Assembly: GCA_945949475.1 (NCBI GenBank)
Contig: CAMFET010000001.1
Coordinates: forward strand, 1 to 41,570
DNA length: 41,570 bases
Origin: an uncultured Phascolarctobacterium sp.
Lineage (GTDB): Bacteria > Bacillota > Negativicutes > Acidaminococcales > Acidaminococcaceae
Direction: 5' to 3'
Shown: piece by piece, positions 16,476-24,004 of the stretch
Numbering within the stretch: position 1 is the stretch's first letter
How the letters are laid out: the number at the start of each line of letters is the position of its first letter
The notes under the pieces: generated by a model
Databases searched by the model: none
The model's input: the letters and a program-made list of their open reading frames with translations, nothing else
Told to the model about the DNA's origin: nothing
Position numbers and translations under genes: made by a program

Positions 16476-16586
16476 CAGCCACCCACGGCCAGCAGCATAA
16501 CCCTGAACCGTGAAGTATATACAAGCAAGCACAAAGAAGTATCGGGAGGCCGGTTGCGCAGTCGCCTCCCGCCCTGGTGGGGGCTT
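16476..16586 (+). ncRNA. Possible structured intergenic RNA
   Basis: Ends AGCCACCCAC/GTGGGGGCT are complementary; internal hairpin CGGGAGGC..GCCTCCCG. Confidence 0.3.
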
Positions 16587-16603
16587 ACGAAAGGAGAAAA
16601 ATA

Positions 16604-16969
16604 ATGGATTTTAAAGAAGAACAGCAAGATGCCTTAAGTGAGGACAATATGACGGCATACATCAACGCAAAAGCCGGTGAGCTCATGGATCTGATGGAGC
16701 GCAAGCATGACCAGTACGCAAACGATGACGACCTGGCCAACTTCCGCGCCGGTGCGCTGCTGCACTCTGGCAGCGGTGATTACTATGACATGTATGAGGA
16801 GAGCAAAGCCTATTGCCGTAAGCACATCGCTCATGTGTATGGCAAAGGCCAGGATATCAACATTGATAAGCTCATGGAGAGCTTGGGCGATATCGTCGTT
16901 TACTCCCTAATCCAGATGTACATGGTAGAAAAGCATTACATGGTGTGTCGTGAGATGCTGGGGGAATAA
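16604..16969 (+). CDS. DUF1599-like / all-alpha NTP-PPase-like protein
   Basis: KHDQYANDDDLANF..KH..ESLGDIVVY. Confidence 0.55.
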   Translation: MDFKEEQQDALSEDNMTAYINAKAGELMDLMERKHDQYANDDDLANFRAGALLHSGSGDYYDMYEESKAYCRKHIAHVYGKGQDINIDKLMESLGDIVVYSLIQMYMVEKHYMVCREMLGE

Positions 16970-16972
16970 AAA

Positions 16973-17452
16973 ATGATACTGTATAGAGTCGTTAGCGAGG
17001 CTGAGCTGGCTGCATATCTTAAAGGCCAGAACATTAAGCCGGGAAAAGATTGCGTACCTAACAACAACAGCTGGAAGCGCCCTAAAGTCTGCTTTTTTGG
17101 GACGGCAAATAATTGCACTCACTGGCAGCCTATCTGTGCTGGCCATGTGATTGTTAAACTGGATGTACGCGGTACCTACATGAAAATCAAAAAAGGCTGG
17201 GGAATTTATCCGGACTTCGACGCGCCGGAACAACCGGAATGGACAGGCGATTTGATGACGGACATACAGGAGGTCATGCTTAAGCAGAAAACAGTCCGCG
17301 TTAAAGAGTACGGCGTAGGCGCTTACAATAAGCGTAATGCCTATTTGAGGGATTGGTCGTTTGTGTGGGGTAGAGATTATATACACTTTGAAAAAGGTGG
17401 GATTGTACCTCGCTTGCCGGGCTATGATGATTTGCTGGAGGGAGAAAAATGA
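16973..17452 (+). CDS. Hypothetical protein
   Basis: Operon-coupled 159-aa ORF. Confidence 0.65.
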   Translation: MILYRVVSEAELAAYLKGQNIKPGKDCVPNNNSWKRPKVCFFGTANNCTHWQPICAGHVIVKLDVRGTYMKIKKGWGIYPDFDAPEQPEWTGDLMTDIQEVMLKQKTVRVKEYGVGAYNKRNAYLRDWSFVWGRDYIHFEKGGIVPRLPGYDDLLEGEK

Positions 17453-17988
17453 AAGAGTCAAGATACATGGCCAGCACAGAGCTCAATCAGCTCATGTGGC
17501 TGAGCGCTGCTGTACAGGCCTTGGAGAAAATTCTCAAAGATGACAGTACCCAAAACAAAAGTTGGCGGCGCTGGCTGAGCATGGCCAAAACTTACACGCA
17601 CAAGGTTATTAATGACCGCATGAGTAAACTGGACCCGGTCGAAGAAGTCAAGGTGGTGCGTCGCGTGGAGAAAACAGCCATTAAGGTGGCTCATTACGAT
17701 GATTTCCGCTATGACAGGAGCGACAGCGAGCGTCTGGTGACCATCAGCCAGTCTGATTTTTTGGATTTAGTCGACGGCGCAAGCCTCAACTGTTACGCCT
17801 GCCCTCAGGGCGACGTGGTCAAGGATTGCCCAAGACGTAAGATGTTCCACCGCCTCGGACTGCAGGTGCATGCGCTGAGAGAAAACCCAGCGCCGGGTGA
17901 ATGTGAATTTAGATACGAAAACGAACAAAGGGCGGTAACGCCTCAGTATAAAGCTCTAAAAAAGGAGCTTATCGACCAATTACCTTAA
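17449..17988 (+). CDS. DUF5651-like protein
   Basis: N-terminal 'Y.S.E' pattern and C-terminal CxxC..C..C (CYAC..DC..GECEF). Confidence 0.55.
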   Translation: MKESRYMASTELNQLMWLSAAVQALEKILKDDSTQNKSWRRWLSMAKTYTHKVINDRMSKLDPVEEVKVVRRVEKTAIKVAHYDDFRYDRSDSERLVTISQSDFLDLVDGASLNCYACPQGDVVKDCPRRKMFHRLGLQVHALRENPAPGECEFRYENEQRAVTPQYKALKKELIDQLP

Positions 17989-18000
17989 GGGAGTGAGAGC

Positions 18001-18354
18001 ATGGGAGTAAACAGAGCACTCCGGAGAGCTGCTGCCAGAAAGGCATTTAAGCAGGATGTTAAGATGAGCGACCTCGACAAGACGTTTTGCAACATCGCCA
18101 AAGAGGAGGCCACCAACAAGCTGATAACCAGCATCACGTTTACAATGATGCGCGCGGTGTGTCTGGTACTGATGAACGATTTTAAAGCCATCCAGAAAAA
18201 GGACACCCGTATAGAAAACATGGTCAATCTGGCGCATGAGTACGTCGTGAAGATTAAACGCAAGGAGCTTAGCCCCGGCGACATTGATGTTATCGCGGAT
18301 GTAGAAGCTGCCATGAAGCAGCGCGTAGAGGAGGAGAGCAATGAGAATGATTAG
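18001..18354 (+). CDS. Hypothetical protein
   Basis: RBS; begins NRALRRA. Confidence 0.65.
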   Translation: MGVNRALRRAAARKAFKQDVKMSDLDKTFCNIAKEEATNKLITSITFTMMRAVCLVLMNDFKAIQKKDTRIENMVNLAHEYVVKIKRKELSPGDIDVIADVEAAMKQRVEEESNEND

Positions 18355-18652
18355 TTATAAGCAGCATGCAGAGCTGCTGAAGAAGCTGAGTAAACAAATC
18401 AGCTATCTGCAATACTTTTTGCCGTGGGACGTAGGCATGCCGATGCTTACAACGGTTAACGGTCAGGTAGGCGTTTACCAAACGTATCACCCAATCACTG
18501 AGAAATACGCAGACATCCGCCAACGTATGGCGGAAAAGGTTGAGGCTGTTCCGGAGCTGGCGGAAAGTCAACCGGAAGTGATTGGCAGCCATTACGACGT
18601 TCCGATTTTTACGCTGTATAGAAAGGAGCGCAAAGGTAGATGGCAATATTAA
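18341..18652 (+). CDS. Hypothetical protein
   Basis: RBS GAGGAG; overlapping start. Confidence 0.62.
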   Translation: MRMISYKQHAELLKKLSKQISYLQYFLPWDVGMPMLTTVNGQVGVYQTYHPITEKYADIRQRMAEKVEAVPELAESQPEVIGSHYDVPIFTLYRKERKGRWQY

Positions 18653-18807
18653 GAGCTGTTGAACTGATGATGGGAGTTTTCCTCCTGATGCTGGCGACAG
18701 TAATGTTTAGATGGTGGCTGGAAACCGACGATCCTGAATTGCGCTTAGTGCAAATTGCGTTATATGCGCTGTTGGGTATCACGATCATTGCAAATAATTG
18801 GAGGTGA
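18640..18807 (+). CDS. Small two-TM membrane protein (55 aa)
   Basis: MAILRAVELMMGVFLLMLATVMF..LVQIALYALLGITIIA; fills the gap. Confidence 0.5.
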   Translation: MAILRAVELMMGVFLLMLATVMFRWWLETDDPELRLVQIALYALLGITIIANNWR

Positions 18808-18813
18808 TAAGTA

Positions 18814-19056
18814 ATGAGCGGCCGTTACATTTATAAGGATAAAGTGCTGTTTGTCCGTCAGGACCTGAGCTGCAAATATAAGATTTTCGCAAAGCCTATT
18901 GACGCAGTCAGTGACACGATTAGAGCGCATGTGCATCGCTTTGCGGGCACGAATCCTGCAGGCTATGATACGTTCGCCGAGGCGCAAGTTGTGTTAGACA
19001 TTGAAGCGCAGCGCAAAGGATATAAGGTGCTTAACAATGGCAAGCAAGGAGCTTAA
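18814..19056 (+). CDS. Hypothetical protein
   Basis: RBS GGAGGTGA. Confidence 0.65.
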   Translation: MSGRYIYKDKVLFVRQDLSCKYKIFAKPIDAVSDTIRAHVHRFAGTNPAGYDTFAEAQVVLDIEAQRKGYKVLNNGKQGA

Positions 19057-19363
19057 AGAGGAGCGCCGTGCTCAAGGGCTGTGTGTTTATTGTGGCCGTC
19101 CTGCTGTGATTAAGGCGGACGGTAAGCCAGCCCGCAGATGCGAGCTGTGCAGAGGCAGTCATGTTAGTAAAAAATACTACGCAAGGCATGGTATAGAGAG
19201 GCGCAGCAGAATTACAGGCAGATCACCAAGCAAGATAGATTCAGAACTTCGTAAACGGCGTCAGCCAGAAAGAGTCGTTTGCCCCGAATGTAAAATCAGA
19301 ACTAAAGCAGAGTATTGGTTCTGCCCGTGGTGCGGAACGGCGCTTCCAGAACCGGAGGAATAA
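19037..19363 (+). CDS. Zinc-ribbon protein
   Basis: CVYC..CELC and CPEC..CPWC. Confidence 0.68.
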   Translation: MASKELKEERRAQGLCVYCGRPAVIKADGKPARRCELCRGSHVSKKYYARHGIERRSRITGRSPSKIDSELRKRRQPERVVCPECKIRTKAEYWFCPWCGTALPEPEE

Positions 19364-19365
19364 TT

Positions 19366-19614
19366 GTGGATAATATTGATGTTGATAAGGCGCTGAAGCT
19401 GCAGCAGCCAATGCCGGTTAAGGCAATTGTTGTCCATCCCCGAAAACTAAGCTTTTTCTGGGAGGATGACGGGAAACCGACAGTGTTCTTTGAGCGAAAT
19501 GTACTTTATTATTGTCAGTGTTGTGGGGAGCTGATAGCGGATGAGTCGGGCGGTGTACCCATAAATACGAATTACTGTCCTAACTGTGGACAGAAGTTGT
19601 GGTGGAACAAATGA
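19366..19614 (+). CDS. Zinc-ribbon protein
   Basis: CQCCG..NYCPNCGQKL; GTG start after GGAGG. Confidence 0.68.
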   Translation: MDNIDVDKALKLQQPMPVKAIVVHPRKLSFFWEDDGKPTVFFERNVLYYCQCCGELIADESGGVPINTNYCPNCGQKLWWNK

Positions 19615-19733
19615 TTAAGGCGCTGAATATTTTAATCGATTTTATTATGCTCCTGCTGATTATCGGTATACCCATCGTGTTGGGTGTCATGCTGGGGCTT
19701 GCGCTCGGGCGTTTATTGTGGCTGGCATGGTAA
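19611..19733 (+). CDS. 40-aa membrane peptide
   Basis: ATGA coupling; almost entirely hydrophobic. Confidence 0.5.
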   Translation: MIKALNILIDFIMLLLIIGIPIVLGVMLGLALGRLLWLAW

Positions 19734-19861
19734 AGCGTAGACAGCAAAAGCTGAAATATTATCGTTACTGCTTGCGTAAAGCACATCAGCTGTTCCGAGT
19801 GAGCGTTGTGGACTATGAAGTACATATGGAGATGAGGAGGAAGTGTAATGACGTTAGATGA
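19727..19861 (+). CDS. 44-aa basic peptide
   Basis: Overlaps both neighbouring ORFs. Confidence 0.35.
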   Translation: MVKRRQQKLKYYRYCLRKAHQLFRVSVVDYEVHMEMRRKCNDVR

Positions 19862-19956
19862 TTTTTGGCATTGCGCTGATTGTGGCGCTTATCCCGGTGG
19901 CTATTATTCAATGGATGGGCTTAATCGTGGCGATTATGGAGCGAGTACGTGATTAG
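19858..19956 (+). CDS. 32-aa membrane peptide
   Basis: MIFGIALIVALIPVAIIQWMGLIVAIMERVRD; ATGA coupling. Confidence 0.4.
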   Translation: MIFGIALIVALIPVAIIQWMGLIVAIMERVRD

Positions 19957-19969
19957 AGAGGTGATAAAA

Positions 19970-20245
19970 ATGATTGACTATAAAAAGGCAGAACAGGCAA
20001 AAAGATTGCTTGATGAAAGCGGTGTAGATTATGTGCTCGCTTATCTCAACGAGGACGGCTGAGCAGCAGGACAGATACAAGGTGCTGTTTTAAAGGTTGC
20101 AGACTGCATTGTGGCTGTAATAAAGACAGTGGGCGAGTCGATTCGTGACAAGTATGGTGACAAATCGGCTATTGCAGCAGTGCACGACATAACAATGAAA
20201 GCACTGCAACTGATTTACAAAGGTGAAGATAGCAAGAAGGAGTGA
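19970..20245 (+). pseudogene. 91-codon ORF interrupted by one in-frame TGA (20060-20062)
   Basis: Good RBS GAGGTGA; the frame stays open on both sides of the stop and ends at the next gene's RBS. Confidence 0.7.
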
Positions 20246-20250
20246 TAGCA

Positions 20251-20670
20251 ATGGCTAAAAATTTAATCCCTGAAATCGCTCGTATGCTCGGCGTGGAGCT
20301 GGGCGAAGAGTTTAAAATTAAGGGGTACGAGGAATGGTTCTACAAATTCGACAACGACAGGATGCTAATGTTTAAGCATAACGATGATGTAAAAATGCCT
20401 GTTGCGCCTGTTTCGGTATATGTTGCTTTTCTTGCATTGCTGAGGGGAGAATGCGAAATCGTCAAACTGCCGTGGAAACCGAAGAAAGGCGATGCTTATT
20501 ATACCTTTGAGATTTTTAGGGGTAAGTGGGTTGTTCGCTCGTTGTGGTGGACAGGAGCACCTTGCACTTATGCTTTGCTTGACAAAGGCTGGGTATTCCG
20601 CACAAAGGAAGAAGCAGAAGATGCCTTGACTAAAGTGGCTGCGGAAATGGGGGTAGAGTATGAAATCTAA
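20251..20670 (+). CDS. Hypothetical phage protein
   Basis: RBS AAGGAG; MAKNLIPEIARMLGVELGEEFKI. Confidence 0.75.
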   Translation: MAKNLIPEIARMLGVELGEEFKIKGYEEWFYKFDNDRMLMFKHNDDVKMPVAPVSVYVAFLALLRGECEIVKLPWKPKKGDAYYTFEIFRGKWVVRSLWWTGAPCTYALLDKGWVFRTKEEAEDALTKVAAEMGVEYEI

Positions 20671-20980
20671 AGCGTATTGTTTCTCCAACGCTTCAGACTA
20701 CGATATTGAAGATATATCAGAAGAAGTAACATTTGCTGAAACGGCAGGTAAAGCAAAACAAGATTTTAGCATGGAGAACGGAATCCATTACAAGGACATC
20801 AGAGTGCAGCGTGTTCCTTGGGCAGATAAATACGGTGATGTTGATAGTATTCCTGTTGAGGAATGGTTAAACCACGGTTGGTATTTTACTTGCGATACCT
20901 GCGGCGCAGAGATAGATGATATAAAAGACTTCCATGTCAATAGCAGAGGATACTGCTGCAAGAAATGTTTTAATGAGTGA
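20660..20980 (+). CDS. Hypothetical protein with C-terminal zinc ribbon
   Basis: FAETAGKAK..RVPWADKY..GWYFTCDTCG..CKKC. Confidence 0.72.
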   Translation: MKSKAYCFSNASDYDIEDISEEVTFAETAGKAKQDFSMENGIHYKDIRVQRVPWADKYGDVDSIPVEEWLNHGWYFTCDTCGAEIDDIKDFHVNSRGYCCKKCFNE

Positions 20981-21083
20981 GCATAAATATTAAAAGAGAA
21001 AACTGCAACATGTTGCAAAAATCTCTTGTAAAAGTTGCACGTGGGGACAAAAAGTCCCTTGAAAAAGTTGAGGTGAAGAAAAA

Positions 21084-21293
21084 ATGCTGATTAAAGTTGG
21101 GAAAAGTACATGGTTGAGACCTGGCTTAATTAATGAGTTAACAGTTATTGTTAACGAACACTTGGATATGAAGCCGTATTCTGTTTATGTTTGCACAGAA
21201 AATGAGAATTTTGAGTGGAGCGAGCATGACACTGAAGAAGAAGCAATAAAGGCCTTGAACGAGCTGGCAGAAGAAATCAACAACGCTAACTAG
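21084..21293 (+). CDS. Small acidic hypothetical protein
   Basis: RBS GAGGTGA. Confidence 0.65.
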   Translation: MLIKVGKSTWLRPGLINELTVIVNEHLDMKPYSVYVCTENENFEWSEHDTEEEAIKALNELAEEINNAN

Positions 21294-21302
21294 CCCTAGG
21301 GT

Positions 21303-21410
21303 GCGGCGGCTGGGTTGCCGAATGGCAGTAGATGTTAGTTGCGAATATTGATGAATATTCGTAGCGAAGCCGTATAGCTGATGTCAAGAATTCCCACGCC
21401 GCCGCTTTTT
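21303..21410 (+). ncRNA. Candidate multi-stem structured RNA/attenuator
   Basis: Closing stem GCGGCGGC-TGGG/CCCA-C-GCCGCCGC followed by T5; internal hairpins TTGCC-gaat-GGCAG and TGCGAATATT-gatg-AATATTCGTA. Confidence 0.5.
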
Positions 21411-21429
21411 ATAAAAGGAGTGATACAAA

Positions 21430-21630
21430 ATGAGCAGGTTAGATAGCAAACCAGTAGATGAATTACAGTTGAAGCGCATCCGAGATTTAAATGTGGCTGC
21501 CAGATATCTTGAATACAGAATTAACGAACTGTGTCCTAAAGGCAGAGAAAGAAAAATCGCCTTACAACGGCTCGAAGAAGTTGTTATGTGGGCAAATAAA
21601 GCAATCGCTTTTGAAGATAAGGAGGAATAA
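21430..21630 (+). CDS. Acb2/Tad1-type helical-hairpin protein (candidate signalling-nucleotide sponge)
   Basis: CPKGRERKIALQRLEEVVMWANKAIA matches the 'RE.s.A.tkLEE..MW' hairpin motif. Confidence 0.62.
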   Translation: MSRLDSKPVDELQLKRIRDLNVAARYLEYRINELCPKGRERKIALQRLEEVVMWANKAIAFEDKEE

Positions 21631-21632
21631 AA

Positions 21633-21995
21633 ATGTTGAAATCTTATAACCCGGCGCTGGACAGCGGTAAATGTCATGTTGTTGAGGCCACATATATGGT
21701 TTCTGACGCAAAAATTATCGTTCGCCTGCCGGTAGGCGAAGGGCACGTAGGCTTGGAAGCTTTGCAGAACAGTGGCGTTCTGGGCTCCGATTGGGTGAGC
21801 GATCTGGACGATTTTGGCGAATTTATCGACATTAAATTGGAGGGCATTAAACGCCTGAGTTACAACGATGACCTTGACAGCCTCAATGTATTTTTGGATA
21901 ATGGTGCGATTATTGACATCGCTGGCGACTATATCAGTGATTATCTGGTCAAAGTCGAGATTGTCGAGGTAAAAGAGGGTGCGGTGTTGTTATGA
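21633..21995 (+). CDS. Acidic hypothetical protein (possibly DUF5406-like)
   Basis: RBS AAGGAGG; weak by-eye family resemblance only. Confidence 0.6.
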   Translation: MLKSYNPALDSGKCHVVEATYMVSDAKIIVRLPVGEGHVGLEALQNSGVLGSDWVSDLDDFGEFIDIKLEGIKRLSYNDDLDSLNVFLDNGAIIDIAGDYISDYLVKVEIVEVKEGAVLL

Positions 21996-22318
21996 TGTCT
22001 GTTTTACACAACGCAATTTATATCCAGCGCAATCTCAGCGAGCGGGACAAGTTGGAACAGCTGGCCGAGGAATGCAGCGAGCTTAGCAAAGCTGCTTTAA
22101 AGCTCATCCGTGCTAAAGGCTTAAGCAATAACCCCACGCCGGTAAGCGTAGTGCAGGCTGAAGCTGATTTAAAAGAGGAGAGCATGGATGTTTTGGCATG
22201 CCTCATCGTGTGTGGCTACAATGTTTTCGAACTGCTGGATGAAACGGTTACCGATAACCATAAGTGGGCGCGCTGGGTAAAAAGAATTGAAACAATGCAA
22301 AAGGAGTTGAAAGAATGA
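21992..22318 (+). CDS. MazG-like nucleotide pyrophosphohydrolase
   Basis: LEQLAEECSELSKAALK..LKEESMDV (ExxE..ExxD). Confidence 0.75.
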   Translation: MMSVLHNAIYIQRNLSERDKLEQLAEECSELSKAALKLIRAKGLSNNPTPVSVVQAEADLKEESMDVLACLIVCGYNVFELLDETVTDNHKWARWVKRIETMQKELKE

Positions 22319-22494
22319 GCTGCAGGCATGAAGCAAAAGTCGAGACGACTCGTTTTAAGGGTATAACACTTTATCGTATCGTCTGCAGTAAATGTAGACG
22401 CAGAACAATCTGGGCAGAATATCAAAGGCTGGCCGAGAAGTTTTTCAAAGACGGCGAGGACTGGATGTTATCAAAGAGGGGCAGAGAGCAATGA
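22315..22494 (+). CDS. Small zinc-ribbon-like protein (59 aa)
   Basis: CRH..VCSKC; ATGA-coupled at both ends. Confidence 0.55.
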   Translation: MSCRHEAKVETTRFKGITLYRIVCSKCRRRTIWAEYQRLAEKFFKDGEDWMLSKRGREQ

Positions 22495-22799
22495 CACGTT
22501 TACAAAAAAAGAATCCAGAAACAATTATCCAGAATCAGGTGAGAGAAGCTTTGCGCATGGATGGCTGGTATGTCATCCGCCACCAGCAGGGCTTAGGCTC
22601 TCATCCCGGCTTGTCTGATTTGACGGCAATCAAGGGTGGGCGTACAATCTATATCGAGATTAAGACGCCGCGTGGATATCAAAGCGAGAAACAAAAGCTA
22701 TTCCAACATGACATTGAGCAGCATGGAGGCACGTACATCTTGTGCCGGAGCTTGGAGGATATCCATCCATTCTTGACTCGTACAATGAGATTATTCTAA
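22491..22799 (+). CDS. VRR-NUC nuclease (probable Holliday-junction resolvase)
   Basis: E..IQ, GLSDL, IEIKTPRGYQSEKQ. Confidence 0.88.
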   Translation: MTRLQKKNPETIIQNQVREALRMDGWYVIRHQQGLGSHPGLSDLTAIKGGRTIYIEIKTPRGYQSEKQKLFQHDIEQHGGTYILCRSLEDIHPFLTRTMRLF

Positions 22800-22817
22800 T
22801 TAGGAGGACGCTGGTAA

Positions 22818-23198
22818 ATGAGGCGAGGCACAAAAGCATACATACACGCTGAGCTTTTAAATTATCAGCGTTCCCGAAATGAGATTGGCAGAATTTGTCG
22901 AAAGCTAGATGAGATAACCATGTTCCCTGCTTACGCCGATGATTATACATCGGAGGAGCGGATGTATCTGCAGGACCGGCTGCGTTGGCTACGTAGGATA
23001 ACAGATGCTATTGCTGCAGCCGATCAGGACATGGATGAGGAGCAGCGCGCTGTGCTCAGGCTCAAGTTTTGGAGTCAGAAGCCACGGCCAACAGACGCAG
23101 CTATTGCTCAACGGCTCAACATCAGCACGAGCACATTATATAGACGCATAGGGCAGATATACAGACATGTCGCTCAGAAGCTAGGCATGGACTTATGA
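22818..23198 (+). CDS. RinA/ArpU-like late transcription activator
   Basis: EL.NY.., C-terminal sigma4-like HTH (IAQRLNISTSTLYR); last gene before the packaging module. Confidence 0.8.
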   Translation: MRRGTKAYIHAELLNYQRSRNEIGRICRKLDEITMFPAYADDYTSEERMYLQDRLRWLRRITDAIAAADQDMDEEQRAVLRLKFWSQKPRPTDAAIAQRLNISTSTLYRRIGQIYRHVAQKLGMDL

Positions 23199-23204
23199 CA
23201 CACA

Positions 23205-23238
23205 GGCTGGAGGTTAACACCCTCCAGCTTTTTCTTTT
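23205..23238 (+). terminator. Terminator ending the early/middle operon
   Basis: GGCTGGAGG-ttaacac-CCTCCAGCT followed by a T-rich run. Confidence 0.78.
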
Positions 23239-23440
23239 GCCCAGAAGTTGGAAGAAACATGAGAGTTTCGCGCGCTAAACGGGTAGAGAGCAGCTGCTTT
23301 GTTTGGGATAATATTACTAGGAGTTGGGACAATGCTGTTCCCACTCACTCAAGGTACTTCCCCGAGGGGTGGGGGAGAGCAGTGGTCGGGCATCCCCGCG
23401 GTGAAACTTTTGTAAAAATTTTTGAAAACGAGGTGATGAT

Positions 23441-24004
23441 ATGGCGGACACTGTAAACGCCTGGGCGAAGCTCTCGACGGATGGCCGCGTATTACTCAGC
23501 TCGTCGCAGACAGCCCATGTCTTCAATGTCAGCGGCGAAACGTTGGCAAAATGGGCGAAAAGAGGCTGTCCAAAAGAATGCCGCGGCTGGTATGACATCC
23601 AAGCCGTAATCGCTTGGCGTTATGCCGGCGAGGGAGCTGACGGCGGCGTATCAATTATGGCTGAAAAGCTTGATGCCGATAAGCGCCTGAAGCTGGCAAG
23701 GGCAGCGCTGGTAGAACAGGAGCTGCAGCTAAAGCGTGGCCAGCTGCTCAGCGCCGTACTGGTAGAAAAAGAGCTAACCGAGATATTTGATAACCTGAAA
23801 GCATCGCTGATTACCGTGGGTGACCACATCATGTCAGAGATGTACAGCCAATATCCCGAGATGGCTCCACAGGTAAGGAGGTTGATTGATGGATACATCA
23901 GAGCAGCTCTCAAAGAAGCAGCCGATAACAGAGGCAAGCTGCGAGAGCGAACAGGACGCCTTAACAAGAATCCAGTTGGACGTCCTCGAAAACGTCCTAA
24001 ATAA
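23441..24004 (+). CDS. terS: Terminase small subunit (Nu1-like)
   Basis: wHTH 'AHVFNVSGETLAKWAKRGCP..YDIQAVIAW', coiled coil, 'ELQLKRGQL'. Confidence 0.85.
   Translation: MADTVNAWAKLSTDGRVLLSSSQTAHVFNVSGETLAKWAKRGCPKECRGWYDIQAVIAWRYAGEGADGGVSIMAEKLDADKRLKLARAALVEQELQLKRGQLLSAVLVEKELTEIFDNLKASLITVGDHIMSEMYSQYPEMAPQVRRLIDGYIRAALKEAADNRGKLRERTGRLNKNPVGRPRKRPK

Noticed and set aside
20060-20062. Selenocysteine or alternative genetic code
   Set aside because: TGA and TAG end many well-supported genes, long ORFs are intact in code 11, and I see no convincing SECIS hairpin or suppressor tRNA.
23240-23440. cos site upstream of terS
   Set aside because: Expected here for a GpA-type terminase, and short dyads exist, but I cannot identify a specific cohesive-end sequence.
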